Shown piece by piece: positions 20,000 through 30,265 of a stretch of 64,000 bases of DNA. Position 1 is the stretch's first letter. Every line of letters starts with the position of its first letter. This stretch comes from Candidatus Magasanikbacteria bacterium RIFCSPHIGHO2_01_FULL_41_23 (GTDB taxonomy: Bacteria; Patescibacteriota; Patescibacteriia; Magasanikbacterales; UBA922). Under the pieces are notes generated by a model. That model ran no database searches, was not told the origin of the DNA, and was given only the letters and a program-made list of their open reading frames with translations. The stretch covers positions 44,072-108,071 of the forward strand of contig MFPT01000003.1 of NCBI GenBank assembly GCA_001782805.1, in the 5' to 3' direction. Position numbers and translations under genes: made by a program.

Positions 20000-21418
20000 T
20001 TAAAGTTCAAACGCTCCACTATCACACCTCATTTTTGGTCTAAAGTATCCTCGTTGATCTTGAAAAAGCAGTTTGTCCAAATAATCAAAACAGCCGTATT
20101 TATTTCCGGCATCTTTGGCCGGACTGGTTGGCGCTAGCCGATGTGTTTTGGTGGGACCACCATTAAATTCCAGTGGAAATAATAATGGATTGGTATTTAT
20201 TTTGTCGCCGCTAATAGGAGTAAAACAACTGTTATCGGAAATCACATTATTTCCATCGGATTTAATTGAATAAATGCAATTTTTACCTTCGCTCGCAATA
20301 ATGCTATTTTTTATTTTAAAATCAGTGCCGGGAACATTCACTACAAAAAATGTGTGTCCCACTGAAACTCCGGCCGCATCTGAATTTGCTATCGTCGGTA
20401 TCTTTACTGTATTTTTTGCCACGGTCACATTGGCCAAATAGGTTTTGGAATATGCTCCGGCATAGATTGCTCCGCCATGAGCAAAGACAAAACTTTCCGC
20501 ATTAGTGTAACCATACGACGTTGCTTCATTTCCGCTAATCGTACTATTCGTGATATAGAATTTACTGGAAGATTCCAAATACATTCCCGCTCCTTGCGCT
20601 TTGCCATACAATGTTTTTTCTTGCAATGTGGTTTCCACTTTGTTGCCATAAATGCTGGAACCTTCAATATCTGTCCGAATAATCGCCGTGCTGTATATGC
20701 CACCACCACGCGCGTTGGCCGATCCTTTACTTATTTTTGAACTGGTAAACGCGTAATTATTGAATATGGTTGAATTGAGAATTGTTAGTTTGTTGGCATT
20801 ATAAATTCCCGCTCCTTGCGCCTCCACATCTTTTCCTTTGATGATCAAACCGTTGCGTGGTCCGATTTCCGAATTAATTAAGTAAAGCGATGCCGTGCTC
20901 CCATTATAAATTCCCGCGCCGCGAATCGTGGTGTTTTTGTCCAGGCTGTTTTGCTCTATATTATTCTGATAGATTTTGACCGCGAACAATTCCAATATGC
21001 CTTGATTATGGATTCCCGCGCCTTGCAGTGTTGACGAAGCGGATAAATAACCGTTCGTGATACGCAGATTATTTATTACGACATGAGCATTTTTGGCAAT
21101 GGCAAAAATTCGACCGGTTTTTTGGGCATCAATAATGGCCGTGCCGTTTATCGTCATATCAACGTTGGTATCAGGCGAATCATTTCCCTTTATCAATAAT
21201 TCGCCGACAAGATTTATTTTTTCAATTGTGGGAGAAATGGTGATAACATCAGTTTCGTTGTTGGTATTTGCGACTTCAATAGCGCCACGCAATGTACAGG
21301 TCTCAGTGCACAAATCTGTGTCCCCGCTATCATTTACTAGAAATATTTTGGCCGCGGTATTTTGAACAAGAAAAAAATTGACAATAAAAAATATTAGGGC
21401 TGAAAAAATCAGTCTCAT
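20000..21418 (-). CDS. Secreted right-handed parallel beta-helix repeat protein
   Basis: Signal peptide, then N-terminal 'CTLRGAIEVAN' and multiple 'GAGIYN'/'GGGIY' repeat rungs. The C-terminal '...NGGPTKTHRLAPTSPAKDAG' motif is typical of beta-helix adhesin-like proteins. Confidence 0.65.
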   Translation of the reverse strand: MRLIFSALIFFIVNFFLVQNTAAKIFLVNDSGDTDLCTETCTLRGAIEVANTNNETDVITISPTIEKINLVGELLIKGNDSPDTNVDMTINGTAIIDAQKTGRIFAIAKNAHVVINNLRITNGYLSASSTLQGAGIHNQGILELFAVKIYQNNIEQNSLDKNTTIRGAGIYNGSTASLYLINSEIGPRNGLIIKGKDVEAQGAGIYNANKLTILNSTIFNNYAFTSSKISKGSANARGGGIYSTAIIRTDIEGSSIYGNKVETTLQEKTLYGKAQGAGMYLESSSKFYITNSTISGNEATSYGYTNAESFVFAHGGAIYAGAYSKTYLANVTVAKNTVKIPTIANSDAAGVSVGHTFFVVNVPGTDFKIKNSIIASEGKNCIYSIKSDGNNVISDNSCFTPISGDKINTNPLLFPLEFNGGPTKTHRLAPTSPAKDAGNKYGCFDYLDKLLFQDQRGYFRPKMRCDSGAFEL

Positions 21419-21568
21419 ATAAAGAAATTTAAATAGTTAAATAAAAAAAAACTTTTTGTGCGCAAAAACACAAAAAGTTCAGGAGGATTCTTTAGCAATG
21501 AATGTATTATAATTAAAAATTTTAATGAAGTCAATAGACTTGAATAGAACAGGTTAGGGATGTTTAAT

Positions 21569-21596
21569 TTGACACATTTTCTAAATTTGGTATAAT
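21569..21596 (+). promoter_or_regulatory. Sigma70-like promoter (TTGACA-16-TATAAT) upstream of the ATPase gene
   Basis: A consensus -35 and -10 with a 16-nt spacer, about 40 nt upstream of the start codon at 21638. Confidence 0.4.
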
Positions 21597-21637
21597 TTAG
21601 TCAGTTAATTGACCATATTTAAACTAATTTAGTCAAT

Positions 21638-22768
21638 ATGTATATTCCACAAAAACAATTGGAAAATCTGTCTCGTTATGTTAAGCCGGGTAAAGCCGTA
21701 GTGATTTTTGGTCCTCGCCGTACCGGAAAAACAACCTTAGTAAAGAAATTTTTAGCAAATTATTCCGCTAAATATTTATTTGTTACCGGTGAGGATATTA
21801 ATATACGGGAATATTTGAGCAGTGAATCGATCGAGAAATTAAAAAGTTTTATTGGTAGTAATAAGCTTGTGGTCATTGACGAGGCACAAAAAATTCCGCA
21901 AATAGGTTTGAATATAAAACTAATTATTGATCATCTGCCTGAAGTCGCAGTGATTGCGACCGGTTCATCAGCGTTTGATCTTGCTCGCAATTTGGGTGAA
22001 CCTCTCACTGGTAGAAAGTATACGCTTAAGCAATATCCACTGGCGCAACTAGAGATAGCCCAAATTGAAAATCTGGCAGAAACAAATGCGCACTTAGAAG
22101 ACAGGCTCATATATGGTTCATATCCCGAAGTGGTCATCGAGTCTGGAAGAGAAGAGCGACAAATATACCTCAAAGATATTGTACAATCATATTTGTATAA
22201 AGATATTCTTGAGCTGGATGGTTTGCGTTATGCTCATAAAATAGTTCAATTATTACAGCTTCTAGCCTTTCAAATTGGAAAAGAAGTCTCCTATTCCGAA
22301 TTAGCCACACAGCTTGGGTTCAGCAAAAATACCGTGGAAAAATATCTTGACCTTTTGGAAAAGAATTTTGTGGTCTATCGTCTGACCGGCTTTAGCCGTA
22401 ATTTGCGTAAAGAATTACGCAAAAGTCATCGCTATTATTTTTATGATAATGGTATACGCAACGCGCTCATTAATAATTTTAATACCATTAGCGTGCGCGA
22501 CGATATCGGTATGCTGTGGGAAAATTATCTAATTAGTGAACGTCTAAAGAAACAAGAATATCACGGCTTATTGAGTAATAATTATTTTTGGCGCACGTAT
22601 GATCAACAAGAAATTGATTTCATTGAAGAAAGAGCAGGTAAACTTTTTGGCTATGAGATGAAATGGAAGTTTAAAAAAGTGAAACCGCCAAAATCGTGGT
22701 TGGATGCATACCCTAATTCTGAATTTGTGATAATTTCTCCTGAAAATTATTTGGATTTTATTACATAG
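21638..22768 (+). CDS. AAA-family ATPase with a C-terminal DUF4143-like domain
   Basis: Walker A 'GPRRTGKTT', Walker B 'LVVIDEAQ', and a C-terminal region typical of the AAA_14+DUF4143 'ATPase' orphans. Confidence 0.7.
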   Translation: MYIPQKQLENLSRYVKPGKAVVIFGPRRTGKTTLVKKFLANYSAKYLFVTGEDINIREYLSSESIEKLKSFIGSNKLVVIDEAQKIPQIGLNIKLIIDHLPEVAVIATGSSAFDLARNLGEPLTGRKYTLKQYPLAQLEIAQIENLAETNAHLEDRLIYGSYPEVVIESGREERQIYLKDIVQSYLYKDILELDGLRYAHKIVQLLQLLAFQIGKEVSYSELATQLGFSKNTVEKYLDLLEKNFVVYRLTGFSRNLRKELRKSHRYYFYDNGIRNALINNFNTISVRDDIGMLWENYLISERLKKQEYHGLLSNNYFWRTYDQQEIDFIEERAGKLFGYEMKWKFKKVKPPKSWLDAYPNSEFVIISPENYLDFIT

Positions 22769-22812
22769 TTTGTTATACTCCCATCCACATTAATCTCCTC
22801 ATTTAATTCCCT

Positions 22813-25122
22813 ATGACGCTCATAAAGCCATTGATTACCACCACCCTTTTAATGGGCAGTATCGTGACTTTTTTTTCTCACGTTAATTCACCCGTTGTTA
22901 CTAATGAAACCATTACGAAAAAAACAGCGAATGAAATAAAAGTCGCTCCTTTTTTTATTGCCAATAACGGCCAAATTGATGATGATGTCCATTTTTATGT
23001 CAAAGGAAGTCAACATTCTTTCTTTCTAAAAGAGAGTGGAGAAGCAGTTACTCGCAGTATTTATAAAGAAGATAAAAAAGAAAATTCCGATTCTGTTTTA
23101 CCCGGAGTGGAAACTGCAAATGCCCAAACCGTTCGCGAAGTAGGATTTACTCAAACATTTATTGGAGCAAACAGAGGAGTATTGCCAAAGGCAGGAGAAC
23201 GAGCGATTCCGATTCTTAATTTCTTTACTGGCAACAAAAAAACAACCGAAGTTCCCACGTATAATGATTTTACCTATAAAAATCTGTATGATGGAATTGA
23301 TTTGACCTATCGGGTATCCAAGGAAAACAAAGTTAAATACGATTTGATTGTTGGGGCAGGAGTTGATCCCCGCAACATTGTGATGCAGTTTGCCGGTGTG
23401 CAAGATTTGTTTGTTGATTTTGAAGGTAATTTGCAGATGAAAACCCCTGCCCAGACATTTACCCAGCACAAACCCTACGTGTACCAGTTGGTTAATGGTG
23501 TTGAGCAAGCTGTCGCGGGATCTTATAAAGTCAATATAAGCAATAATACCGTCAGTTTTGCTCTCGGTAATTACAATCTCGGTCTTCCACTTATTATCGA
23601 TCCGGTCTTGGATCAGTTGGGTGCAAGTACGTTGTATGGAGGGTCTGGTGCAGATAGTATAAATAGTCTTGTTCGAAACAGTTCAGATCAAATTTATGTG
23701 ACAGGTTCCACAGATGATAGCACTACTGATTTGCCGGTCATTTCCGGAGGATATGACATCTCTCACAATGGCGGTAATGATGCATTTGTTGCTCGGTTTG
23801 ATAATAATCTGGAAGATCTCACGTATGCTACTTATATTGGTGGATCTAGTAGTGAATATGGTGAGGATATTGCGCTTGATACTAACGGAAAGGTAGTTAT
23901 GGTTGGGCATACAAATAGTGGAGCATCATATCCAACAACCGCTGGATCATATTCAAGTTCCTCCGCTGGTGGTTTTAATATCCTTGTTTCGCGATTTTCC
24001 GCCAATTTAGCTGACCTCGAAGCATCTTCCCGATTTGGAGGAAGTGAGACCGATACTGCCTATGGATTATATATTAACAGTAGTAATATAATCTATATTT
24101 TAGGCAGCACTGGCAGCTCCAACTTTCCGGAAGTTAATGGAAATTACCAAAGCTCGTATGGAGGAGGCGAAGGAGATGTATTTGTAGCAAAGTTACCAAG
24201 TGATTTAACCTCTCTTGAATCTACCTATCTGGGTGGCGCGGCTGGTGACTATATTTATAGCGGGAATGCTCCACTTGTAGCAGATAGCAGTGGTAATATT
24301 TATGTTGGTGGTTACACTTTTTCAAGTGATTTTCCCACAACCGGCAGTGCCTACGATACTACATTTAGTGGTTCGAATTATGAGGCCTTTATTAGTAAGT
24401 TCTCATCTGATTTAACATCTCTTTCCGCTTCCACTTATTTTGGGTCTACCGGTGTTAGTCGGGTTGTAGATTTAATTTTCGATTCAAATGGTGCTCTATA
24501 TGCATCTATAGTAGTTGTTGGTACTGTGTCAACAACTCCAGATGTACTGCAGACAGATGCGTCAAAAGGATACATCGGCAAGTTTACGTCTAATTTACAG
24601 ACACTAAGTGTTGGCACCTATTTTGGTGGTGCTGGTGTAAATGTTTACCCGCGAACAATGACACTAGACAGCAGCGATAACGTTTATATTGCTGGAATTG
24701 TCTCTAGCACTATTTTCGCCACTACATCCGGCGCCTATGATACGTCGTATAATGGTGGTGCCTACGATGGTTTTGTTTCAAAAATAACCGCTAATTTGCA
24801 GACATTATCCGAATCAACGTACATTGGAGGTAGTGGAGAGGATTATATACTTGCTATAGCATTAAATGTGGATCAGGACAATGTGTTTGTAGCAGGATAT
24901 TCCGATGATTCCACTACTGATTACCCCACAACAGGAGATGCGTATGATACCACACATAATGGACTTGCGGATGGGTTTATAACTATTTTTGGAGCAATAG
25001 GAGGTATACAGGGCGGTGGTGGCGGAAGCAGTGTTCCGGAGTTTTCAACCTACATATATCTGATAACTTTGTTCTGGTGCGGGTATCTGTTGTTCAAAAA
25101 ATTTAACCCGCAATTTGTCTAG
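22813..25122 (+). CDS. Secreted SBBP (beta-propeller) repeat protein with a C-terminal PEF/PEP-CTERM-like sorting signal
   Basis: N-terminal signal/anchor. More than ten 'Y.GGsg.D.g.aia.D.sGN.YvtG.T.S.dFPtT.gAyd' SBBP-type repeats. The C-terminus is 'GGGGGSSVPEF-STYIYLITLFWCGYLLF-KKF'. Confidence 0.7.
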   Translation: MTLIKPLITTTLLMGSIVTFFSHVNSPVVTNETITKKTANEIKVAPFFIANNGQIDDDVHFYVKGSQHSFFLKESGEAVTRSIYKEDKKENSDSVLPGVETANAQTVREVGFTQTFIGANRGVLPKAGERAIPILNFFTGNKKTTEVPTYNDFTYKNLYDGIDLTYRVSKENKVKYDLIVGAGVDPRNIVMQFAGVQDLFVDFEGNLQMKTPAQTFTQHKPYVYQLVNGVEQAVAGSYKVNISNNTVSFALGNYNLGLPLIIDPVLDQLGASTLYGGSGADSINSLVRNSSDQIYVTGSTDDSTTDLPVISGGYDISHNGGNDAFVARFDNNLEDLTYATYIGGSSSEYGEDIALDTNGKVVMVGHTNSGASYPTTAGSYSSSSAGGFNILVSRFSANLADLEASSRFGGSETDTAYGLYINSSNIIYILGSTGSSNFPEVNGNYQSSYGGGEGDVFVAKLPSDLTSLESTYLGGAAGDYIYSGNAPLVADSSGNIYVGGYTFSSDFPTTGSAYDTTFSGSNYEAFISKFSSDLTSLSASTYFGSTGVSRVVDLIFDSNGALYASIVVVGTVSTTPDVLQTDASKGYIGKFTSNLQTLSVGTYFGGAGVNVYPRTMTLDSSDNVYIAGIVSSTIFATTSGAYDTSYNGGAYDGFVSKITANLQTLSESTYIGGSGEDYILAIALNVDQDNVFVAGYSDDSTTDYPTTGDAYDTTHNGLADGFITIFGAIGGIQGGGGGSSVPEFSTYIYLITLFWCGYLLFKKFNPQFV

Positions 25123-25218
25123 CTTGACACATACACGTTTTTCCTGCTAGGTTTCCTTTGTTCGTTATACCATAAATCACTTATTCCTCGGGGCTCAACT
25201 TCGAGGTAATTCATCAAT

Positions 25219-28200
25219 ATGAAACGAAGTTTTTTTCTTAGACCTCTTCTGGTTATTTTTTTGGTTTTCGTCAGCCTAGCACCCAGTGGAACACTACTGG
25301 CCGGCAATGGTTTGGAAAATCAGACCGGATTCGACCAATACGAACAGGGCAAGATATTGGTAAAATTTTCTTCTGATCTTGGTCTTGATTTGTTGGAAGG
25401 GGATTCGGCGGAAAAACGAATAAGAGGAGGAAAGCTACTATTTGTTGGAAATACCAAGCACAAACGCGATGCCAACTCTATTTTGAATAATCAATGGATA
25501 GAATCCATTGAGCCATTTTTCAAAGGTGCTCATTATTCAGCGCGCTTGATCAGGGCAAAAGATGGAACAATGACTTTGCAAGAGATAGAAAAAACGCGTA
25601 TCAATACTCTGCGACAAGCTCGCAATTTGGTTCCTTTGCCTGTCGCGCAGACCGTTACTACGTTGTCCAATATTTACCAAATTACTTTGCGTGCCGATAA
25701 ATTTCAAAATACAAAACGATTCGTAGATTTTCTGTCGGCACAGCCATACATTGAATTCGCGGAACAGCTCGATCTTCCCACATTGGGAATTTCTACCGTG
25801 CCAAATGATCCGCTGTATCCGGATCAATGGACACATAATAACACTGCTTTTAATGATGGTACGCCCGGAGCTGATATCAATACACAAGAAGCTTGGGATA
25901 CTGCCACCGGCACTTCCACAGTAATCGTAGCCGTTCTTGACAGCGGTATTACTCCACATAGTGAATTTTCCGATCGTTTGCTCGATGGTACTGCATACTA
26001 TGGCGACACTACGGACAAAGGTAAAAATGATATTTCCAATTCATCTCCCGATGGTCATGGTACGCAGGTCGCGGGCATCATAGGCGCGGAAGGTAACAAT
26101 GGTCAGGGACTCGCTGGAATATGTTGGAGCTGTAAAATGATTCCAATTCGCATTGTTGATTCAGGTGGATCAGGTAGCAAATTCAATCTTGCTGCCGGTA
26201 TTGGCGACGCGGTATCCATGGGCGCGGATGTCATAAACATGAGTATCGGTTATTCAAACGGTACAGCCACTCTGCAAGCCGCGGTACAAAATGCGTTCGC
26301 GGCAGGTGTTACCATGGTCGCGTCGAGAGGTAATTATAATTTCAGCAATCCTCAATTCAGTTCAAATGTCGCGCCGGTATTTCCCGCCAGTTATCCGGAA
26401 GTAATATCCGTGGGTGGCTTGAGTCCTTGCGATCAGCGTAAATCAGCTTCTTCATGCGACGGGGAAAATTGGTTCGAGAGTATGTACGCGGACACCTTAT
26501 CAATTTTGGCTCCGGGAACAAAAGTTGATACTACGAGCAAAAATGGTGGCTATGTGAATAATTTTAACGGTACCTCAGCCTCGGCTCCGGAAGTCAGTGG
26601 TGTAGTAGCCCTCATGTTATCTGTCAATCCTACGCTTACTCCTACGCAAGTAAGACAAGTTTTAGAGAGTACCGCGGTTGATCTCGGATCTGCCGGATAT
26701 GATTCTGAACATGGATACGGAAAAGTAAATGCCGAGGCTGCAGTGTTAGCGGCGCAAGCATTGTTGCCTGTTTCCGCGCCCACATTGCTGGCCCAATGGA
26801 ATTTTGATGAGCAAACATGGAATGGCGCGAACGCGGTTACAGATAGCGTAAACGCAAATCATGCCACTGCCTTTGGTGGAGCGTATCCTACCAGTAGTCC
26901 GGAAGTGGCGAGTGGTACAGCCGCTGTATTTGATGGAATTGATGATTATATAAAGACGCCGATTGTGTTTACCTCGCAAGGCGCGTTGAGTATCAGCGCG
27001 TGGTACAAAACAAATAATATCGGCAAAGATCGTATGGCAGTTGTGGGAGGCAATGCCGGCGGACGATTTGAAATGTATGTGCATCAGGGTAAGCCCGGAT
27101 GTCGTGTCTGGAAAAATGGAGAAAAATCAATATACGCGACAGAGCAATTTACAGGTGACTGGCATCATGTGGTATGTGTCCAAGATTACAGTGTCGGACA
27201 GACTCGGCTATATGTTGATGGCATACTGCGCGCAACGACGGCAAGCGCTTCAGATAGCGGAGGTGGATATTGGCATATAGGTCGTTCAGGATCAGCTTTG
27301 GCTTCGTCGTTTCAGGGTATGATTGATCGTGTTGGCATGTACAGCCAGACACTTGATGACGCGGATGTGCAAACTTTGTACACACAACAAAATATCTACA
27401 GTCCTGTGGCGCAAACAGACACTTCTCTACTTGGTGAATGGAAATTTGAACAATCCGCATGGACAAGCGCCACAGGTCAAGTGATTGATTCCAGTTCAAA
27501 CAATAATCACGCGACAGCGCAAGGCGGGATACAGCCAAGTACCGTCGCAGGTGTTCAAAATACCGCGGCGAATTTTGATGGAATCAATGACGCCATTCTC
27601 ACCCCTGTATCTTTTTCCAATGCGAATGATCTAACCATTTCCGCGTGGTACAAGACAGACAACGCGTCACAACAGCGTATGACGCTTATGGGCGGTAACA
27701 CCGGCGGGCGCTTTGAAATGTATGTACATCAAGGCAAGCCCGGATGTCGCGTGTGGGATACGGCTGACCGCTCCATTTACGCGCCACAAGCATCAGTAGG
27801 TATATGGACTCATGTGGCTTGTATTCAGCGCTATGGCGCCTCTCCTTCGACAGAGTTGTATGTAAACGGCGTATTCATTACTTCCACTCCACGCAGTTCT
27901 GTCGCGGCCGGAGGCGCGTGGTATATCGGTCGTTCCGGTTCAAGCATCGCTAACTATTTTAATGGTACCATAGACCATCCCATCATACGCGCCCGTGCTA
28001 TAAGCTCTGCCGAAATAACCGCATTATATAATAGTACAATCGTCGATTATCCTATAGTTACTTTTGATCCTGCATTGACCGCATGGTACAAATTCAATGA
28101 AACCGCTTGGACCGGTCAAATGGGGGATGTCTTTGACGCTACGGGGAAAAATCCGGCTCAATCAAAAAATGGAGTTTCGCAGACAGTCAAATTGGATACG

Positions 28201-28680
28201 GACAAGGTCGCGACATTTGACGGTGTGAATGATTTTATTTCAACACCAAATAAATTCACATCAAATGCTTCGATAACTCTTTCCGCGTGGGTCAAAACAT
28301 CAAATCAGACAAAAAAGCGTATGACCGTTGTTGGAGACAATGTAGGCGGGCGCTTTGAAGTATATGTTGATCAAGGCAAACCGGGATGTCGTGTGTGGAC
28401 TACGAAAGATATGAGTATATTTTCAAATTCGACGATAGACGGGCAATGGCATCATATTATATGCGTGCTCGATTATGCCTCTGGACAGACTCGTCTCTAT
28501 GTGGATGGCGTGCTTCAGAAGCAGGTCAACGGTGTCTCTGTGTCCGCTGGGGGTTATTTCTCTGTTGGAAAGTCAGGATCCGCCCTCGCTACTTATTACG
28601 AAGGATCGGTAGATAATGTTCAATTATACAGTAAGGCTTTCACTGACGCGGAAGCTGCTACTTTGTTTGGACAGGGATAA
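25219..28680 (+). CDS. Secreted subtilisin-like (S8) serine peptidase fused to three LamG/concanavalin-A-like lectin repeats
   Basis: Signal peptide. The S8 triad lies in 'VAVLDSGI', 'DGHGTQVAG' and 'GTSASAPEVSG'. Three ~215-aa repeats each carry 'W.F.E..W...HAT..GG...FDG.DD...TP......ISAWYKT...RM...G.N.GGRFEMYV.QGKPGCRVW'. Confidence 0.8.
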   Translation: MKRSFFLRPLLVIFLVFVSLAPSGTLLAGNGLENQTGFDQYEQGKILVKFSSDLGLDLLEGDSAEKRIRGGKLLFVGNTKHKRDANSILNNQWIESIEPFFKGAHYSARLIRAKDGTMTLQEIEKTRINTLRQARNLVPLPVAQTVTTLSNIYQITLRADKFQNTKRFVDFLSAQPYIEFAEQLDLPTLGISTVPNDPLYPDQWTHNNTAFNDGTPGADINTQEAWDTATGTSTVIVAVLDSGITPHSEFSDRLLDGTAYYGDTTDKGKNDISNSSPDGHGTQVAGIIGAEGNNGQGLAGICWSCKMIPIRIVDSGGSGSKFNLAAGIGDAVSMGADVINMSIGYSNGTATLQAAVQNAFAAGVTMVASRGNYNFSNPQFSSNVAPVFPASYPEVISVGGLSPCDQRKSASSCDGENWFESMYADTLSILAPGTKVDTTSKNGGYVNNFNGTSASAPEVSGVVALMLSVNPTLTPTQVRQVLESTAVDLGSAGYDSEHGYGKVNAEAAVLAAQALLPVSAPTLLAQWNFDEQTWNGANAVTDSVNANHATAFGGAYPTSSPEVASGTAAVFDGIDDYIKTPIVFTSQGALSISAWYKTNNIGKDRMAVVGGNAGGRFEMYVHQGKPGCRVWKNGEKSIYATEQFTGDWHHVVCVQDYSVGQTRLYVDGILRATTASASDSGGGYWHIGRSGSALASSFQGMIDRVGMYSQTLDDADVQTLYTQQNIYSPVAQTDTSLLGEWKFEQSAWTSATGQVIDSSSNNNHATAQGGIQPSTVAGVQNTAANFDGINDAILTPVSFSNANDLTISAWYKTDNASQQRMTLMGGNTGGRFEMYVHQGKPGCRVWDTADRSIYAPQASVGIWTHVACIQRYGASPSTELYVNGVFITSTPRSSVAAGGAWYIGRSGSSIANYFNGTIDHPIIRARAISSAEITALYNSTIVDYPIVTFDPALTAWYKFNETAWTGQMGDVFDATGKNPAQSKNGVSQTVKLDTDKVATFDGVNDFISTPNKFTSNASITLSAWVKTSNQTKKRMTVVGDNVGGRFEVYVDQGKPGCRVWTTKDMSIFSNSTIDGQWHHIICVLDYASGQTRLYVDGVLQKQVNGVSVSAGGYFSVGKSGSALATYYEGSVDNVQLYSKAFTDAEAATLFGQG

Positions 28681-29608
28681 TGAGAAGAGGAATAAGTTTA
28701 TAAATATATCCTATAAACAGGAGCAAAAATAACAACGATCCAATACCGCTATGGAATGCTTGGATGGCAAATTCAGGAGAATAATACGCGCCAACCAACA
28801 AGATAAGAAGCACACGGATGGTATTTAGTATATACGTTGCCAACAATCCAAGAATAAATAAGACAATGCTTCGTATTATATATATTTTGTGATGCAAAAT
28901 AAGCATAAGAACAGCAATCGAATACAGGGTGGTAAACGCAGTCATGGAATAGATTCCGGCGCACGGAGCTCCAATGTATATATCAAATTCTTTAATAATA
29001 ACATGATATGTATTCGGTTCTATACTATACGGCACGTGCAGCCAGGGAAGTACGATACCTAATAAAAATATGGTACCGCCCGAAAGATATGGCCAAATAT
29101 AATCAGTCAGAAGAAAAGCGCAAAAAAGCGGGAAAATAATAAGCGTGGAAAAAATCAATTCAAATTTGAATCGTCCGGCGAAATGTGTACCAAAAATAGC
29201 GAGAAAAATAAGGACATGAGTAACAAAAATAGTTATTAAATATATCGCATAGCGATCAATTTCTTTTTGCCCAAAAGAAAAAATCCATGGTAGATGAGTG
29301 TAGATAAATAACAAAAGTCCAACGCAGAAAATAGTTTCTATTTTATTTTGTTTAAAATATTTAATTGAACGAATTTTTTTGGCCGATAGCGCCAGTACGA
29401 TTGCGAGTATGACAAATCCAATATAACGCAAAAATCCATCGTTGAAAATTATTTTATAATAAATACTTTTTTCTACAATAAAATTAAAGGCAAAACGATT
29501 GACTGTATATAAAATGCAAAAAAGCATTATGCGTATAACAATCTGACTTAGATGATTTTGTTTGAGAGTGTTCCAATCAATTTCAATAAATTTCATATCC
29601 CATATCAT
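28658..29608 (-). CDS. Exosortase/archaeosortase-family integral membrane protein (putative sorting transpeptidase)
   Basis: About 8 TM helices. The Cys motif 'GAPCAGIYSM' and the conserved Asn/Arg motif 'ILNTIRVLL' are both hallmarks of EpsH/exosortase-family proteins. It lies adjacent to a PEF-CTERM-like target. Confidence 0.6.
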   Translation of the reverse strand: MIWDMKFIEIDWNTLKQNHLSQIVIRIMLFCILYTVNRFAFNFIVEKSIYYKIIFNDGFLRYIGFVILAIVLALSAKKIRSIKYFKQNKIETIFCVGLLLFIYTHLPWIFSFGQKEIDRYAIYLITIFVTHVLIFLAIFGTHFAGRFKFELIFSTLIIFPLFCAFLLTDYIWPYLSGGTIFLLGIVLPWLHVPYSIEPNTYHVIIKEFDIYIGAPCAGIYSMTAFTTLYSIAVLMLILHHKIYIIRSIVLFILGLLATYILNTIRVLLILLVGAYYSPEFAIQAFHSGIGSLLFLLLFIGYIYKLIPLLIIPVQTK

Positions 29609-29671
29609 ACCGTACTTGCTGCGGTATTGGCTAGGGTACTAAAAATACGTGGAATTAAACCACGTATTTTT

Positions 29672-30200
29672 ATACTTCTACCATATAAGCCGAATTTTGT
29701 CCTTCGACTCGACCTTCGGTCTCGCTCAGGACAAGTCCCTGTATAATTAAGGATTTATCATGAGCGAGCGAAGCGAGTCGAATGATGATCATTTCTCTTG
29801 TCCCGATGTTACCATCGGGATCAAATAACGAGCTAACTTTTCGAATCCAGACAAGTCGGGAAACGCTGCTCTTTCTCCAGGTAGGGTTTGCCATGTTGTC
29901 ATGTTGCCATAACAGAAGTATGGTAGCTTTTGACTCGAGGACAAAAACATCCATACACTTTTCACGTTTCACCACGAAGTGGTGACCCTGAGTGAACGAA
30001 GTGAATCGAAGGGTATCCTTCGACCTCGCTCAGGATAATCACTTCGCGATTAGTATTGTCTCTGTGGCACTATCCCGTACGCCGCGTTACCGCGTCGCAG
30101 GTGGATGTTATCCATTACCTTTTCCAATTGAATGGGCGGAGTTCGGACTTTCCTAACCTCGACTTTACGTCGGAGCTCGATCATCTTGGTAGAAGCGAGG
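29672..30200 (-). ncRNA. rnpB: RNase P RNA (bacterial type, with insertions), not reflected in the ORF track
   Basis: The minus-strand P4 halves are 'AGGAAAGUCCGAACUCC' (30137-30153) and 'ACAAAAUUCGGCUUAUAUGG' (29681-29700). The P1 helix pairs 5' 'CUUCUACCA' (30189-30197) with 3' 'UGGUAGAAG' (29675-29683). A terminator hairpin with a U-run follows at 29641-29672. Confidence 0.7.
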
Positions 30201-30265
30201 GAATAATAGGATAAAGTTGGATAAAAGTCAAGATTCATTTTATTTTTGATTTTCCTTTTTGATGG

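Noticed and set aside
20000-21418. A C-terminal sorting signal on the beta-helix protein as a second exosortase cargo
   Set aside because: The C-terminus ('...RCDSGAFEL') has no hydrophobic helix or basic tail. Only the SBBP protein has the PEF-TM-KK tail in this window.
21440-21475. Hairpin 'ctttttgtg-cgcaaaaa-cacaaaaag' with a flanking A9 run, as a terminator
   Set aside because: It lies at the 5' side of both flanking genes (divergent promoter region), so a terminator role is doubtful. It may be a regulatory hairpin instead.
29670-30238. Small ORFs on both strands (29670-29975 -, 29782-29985 +, 30050-30238 -) in the spacer between the exosortase gene and the WbaP-like gene
   Set aside because: The region is explained by RNase P RNA (P4 and P1 signatures). 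The ORFs have no coding features.
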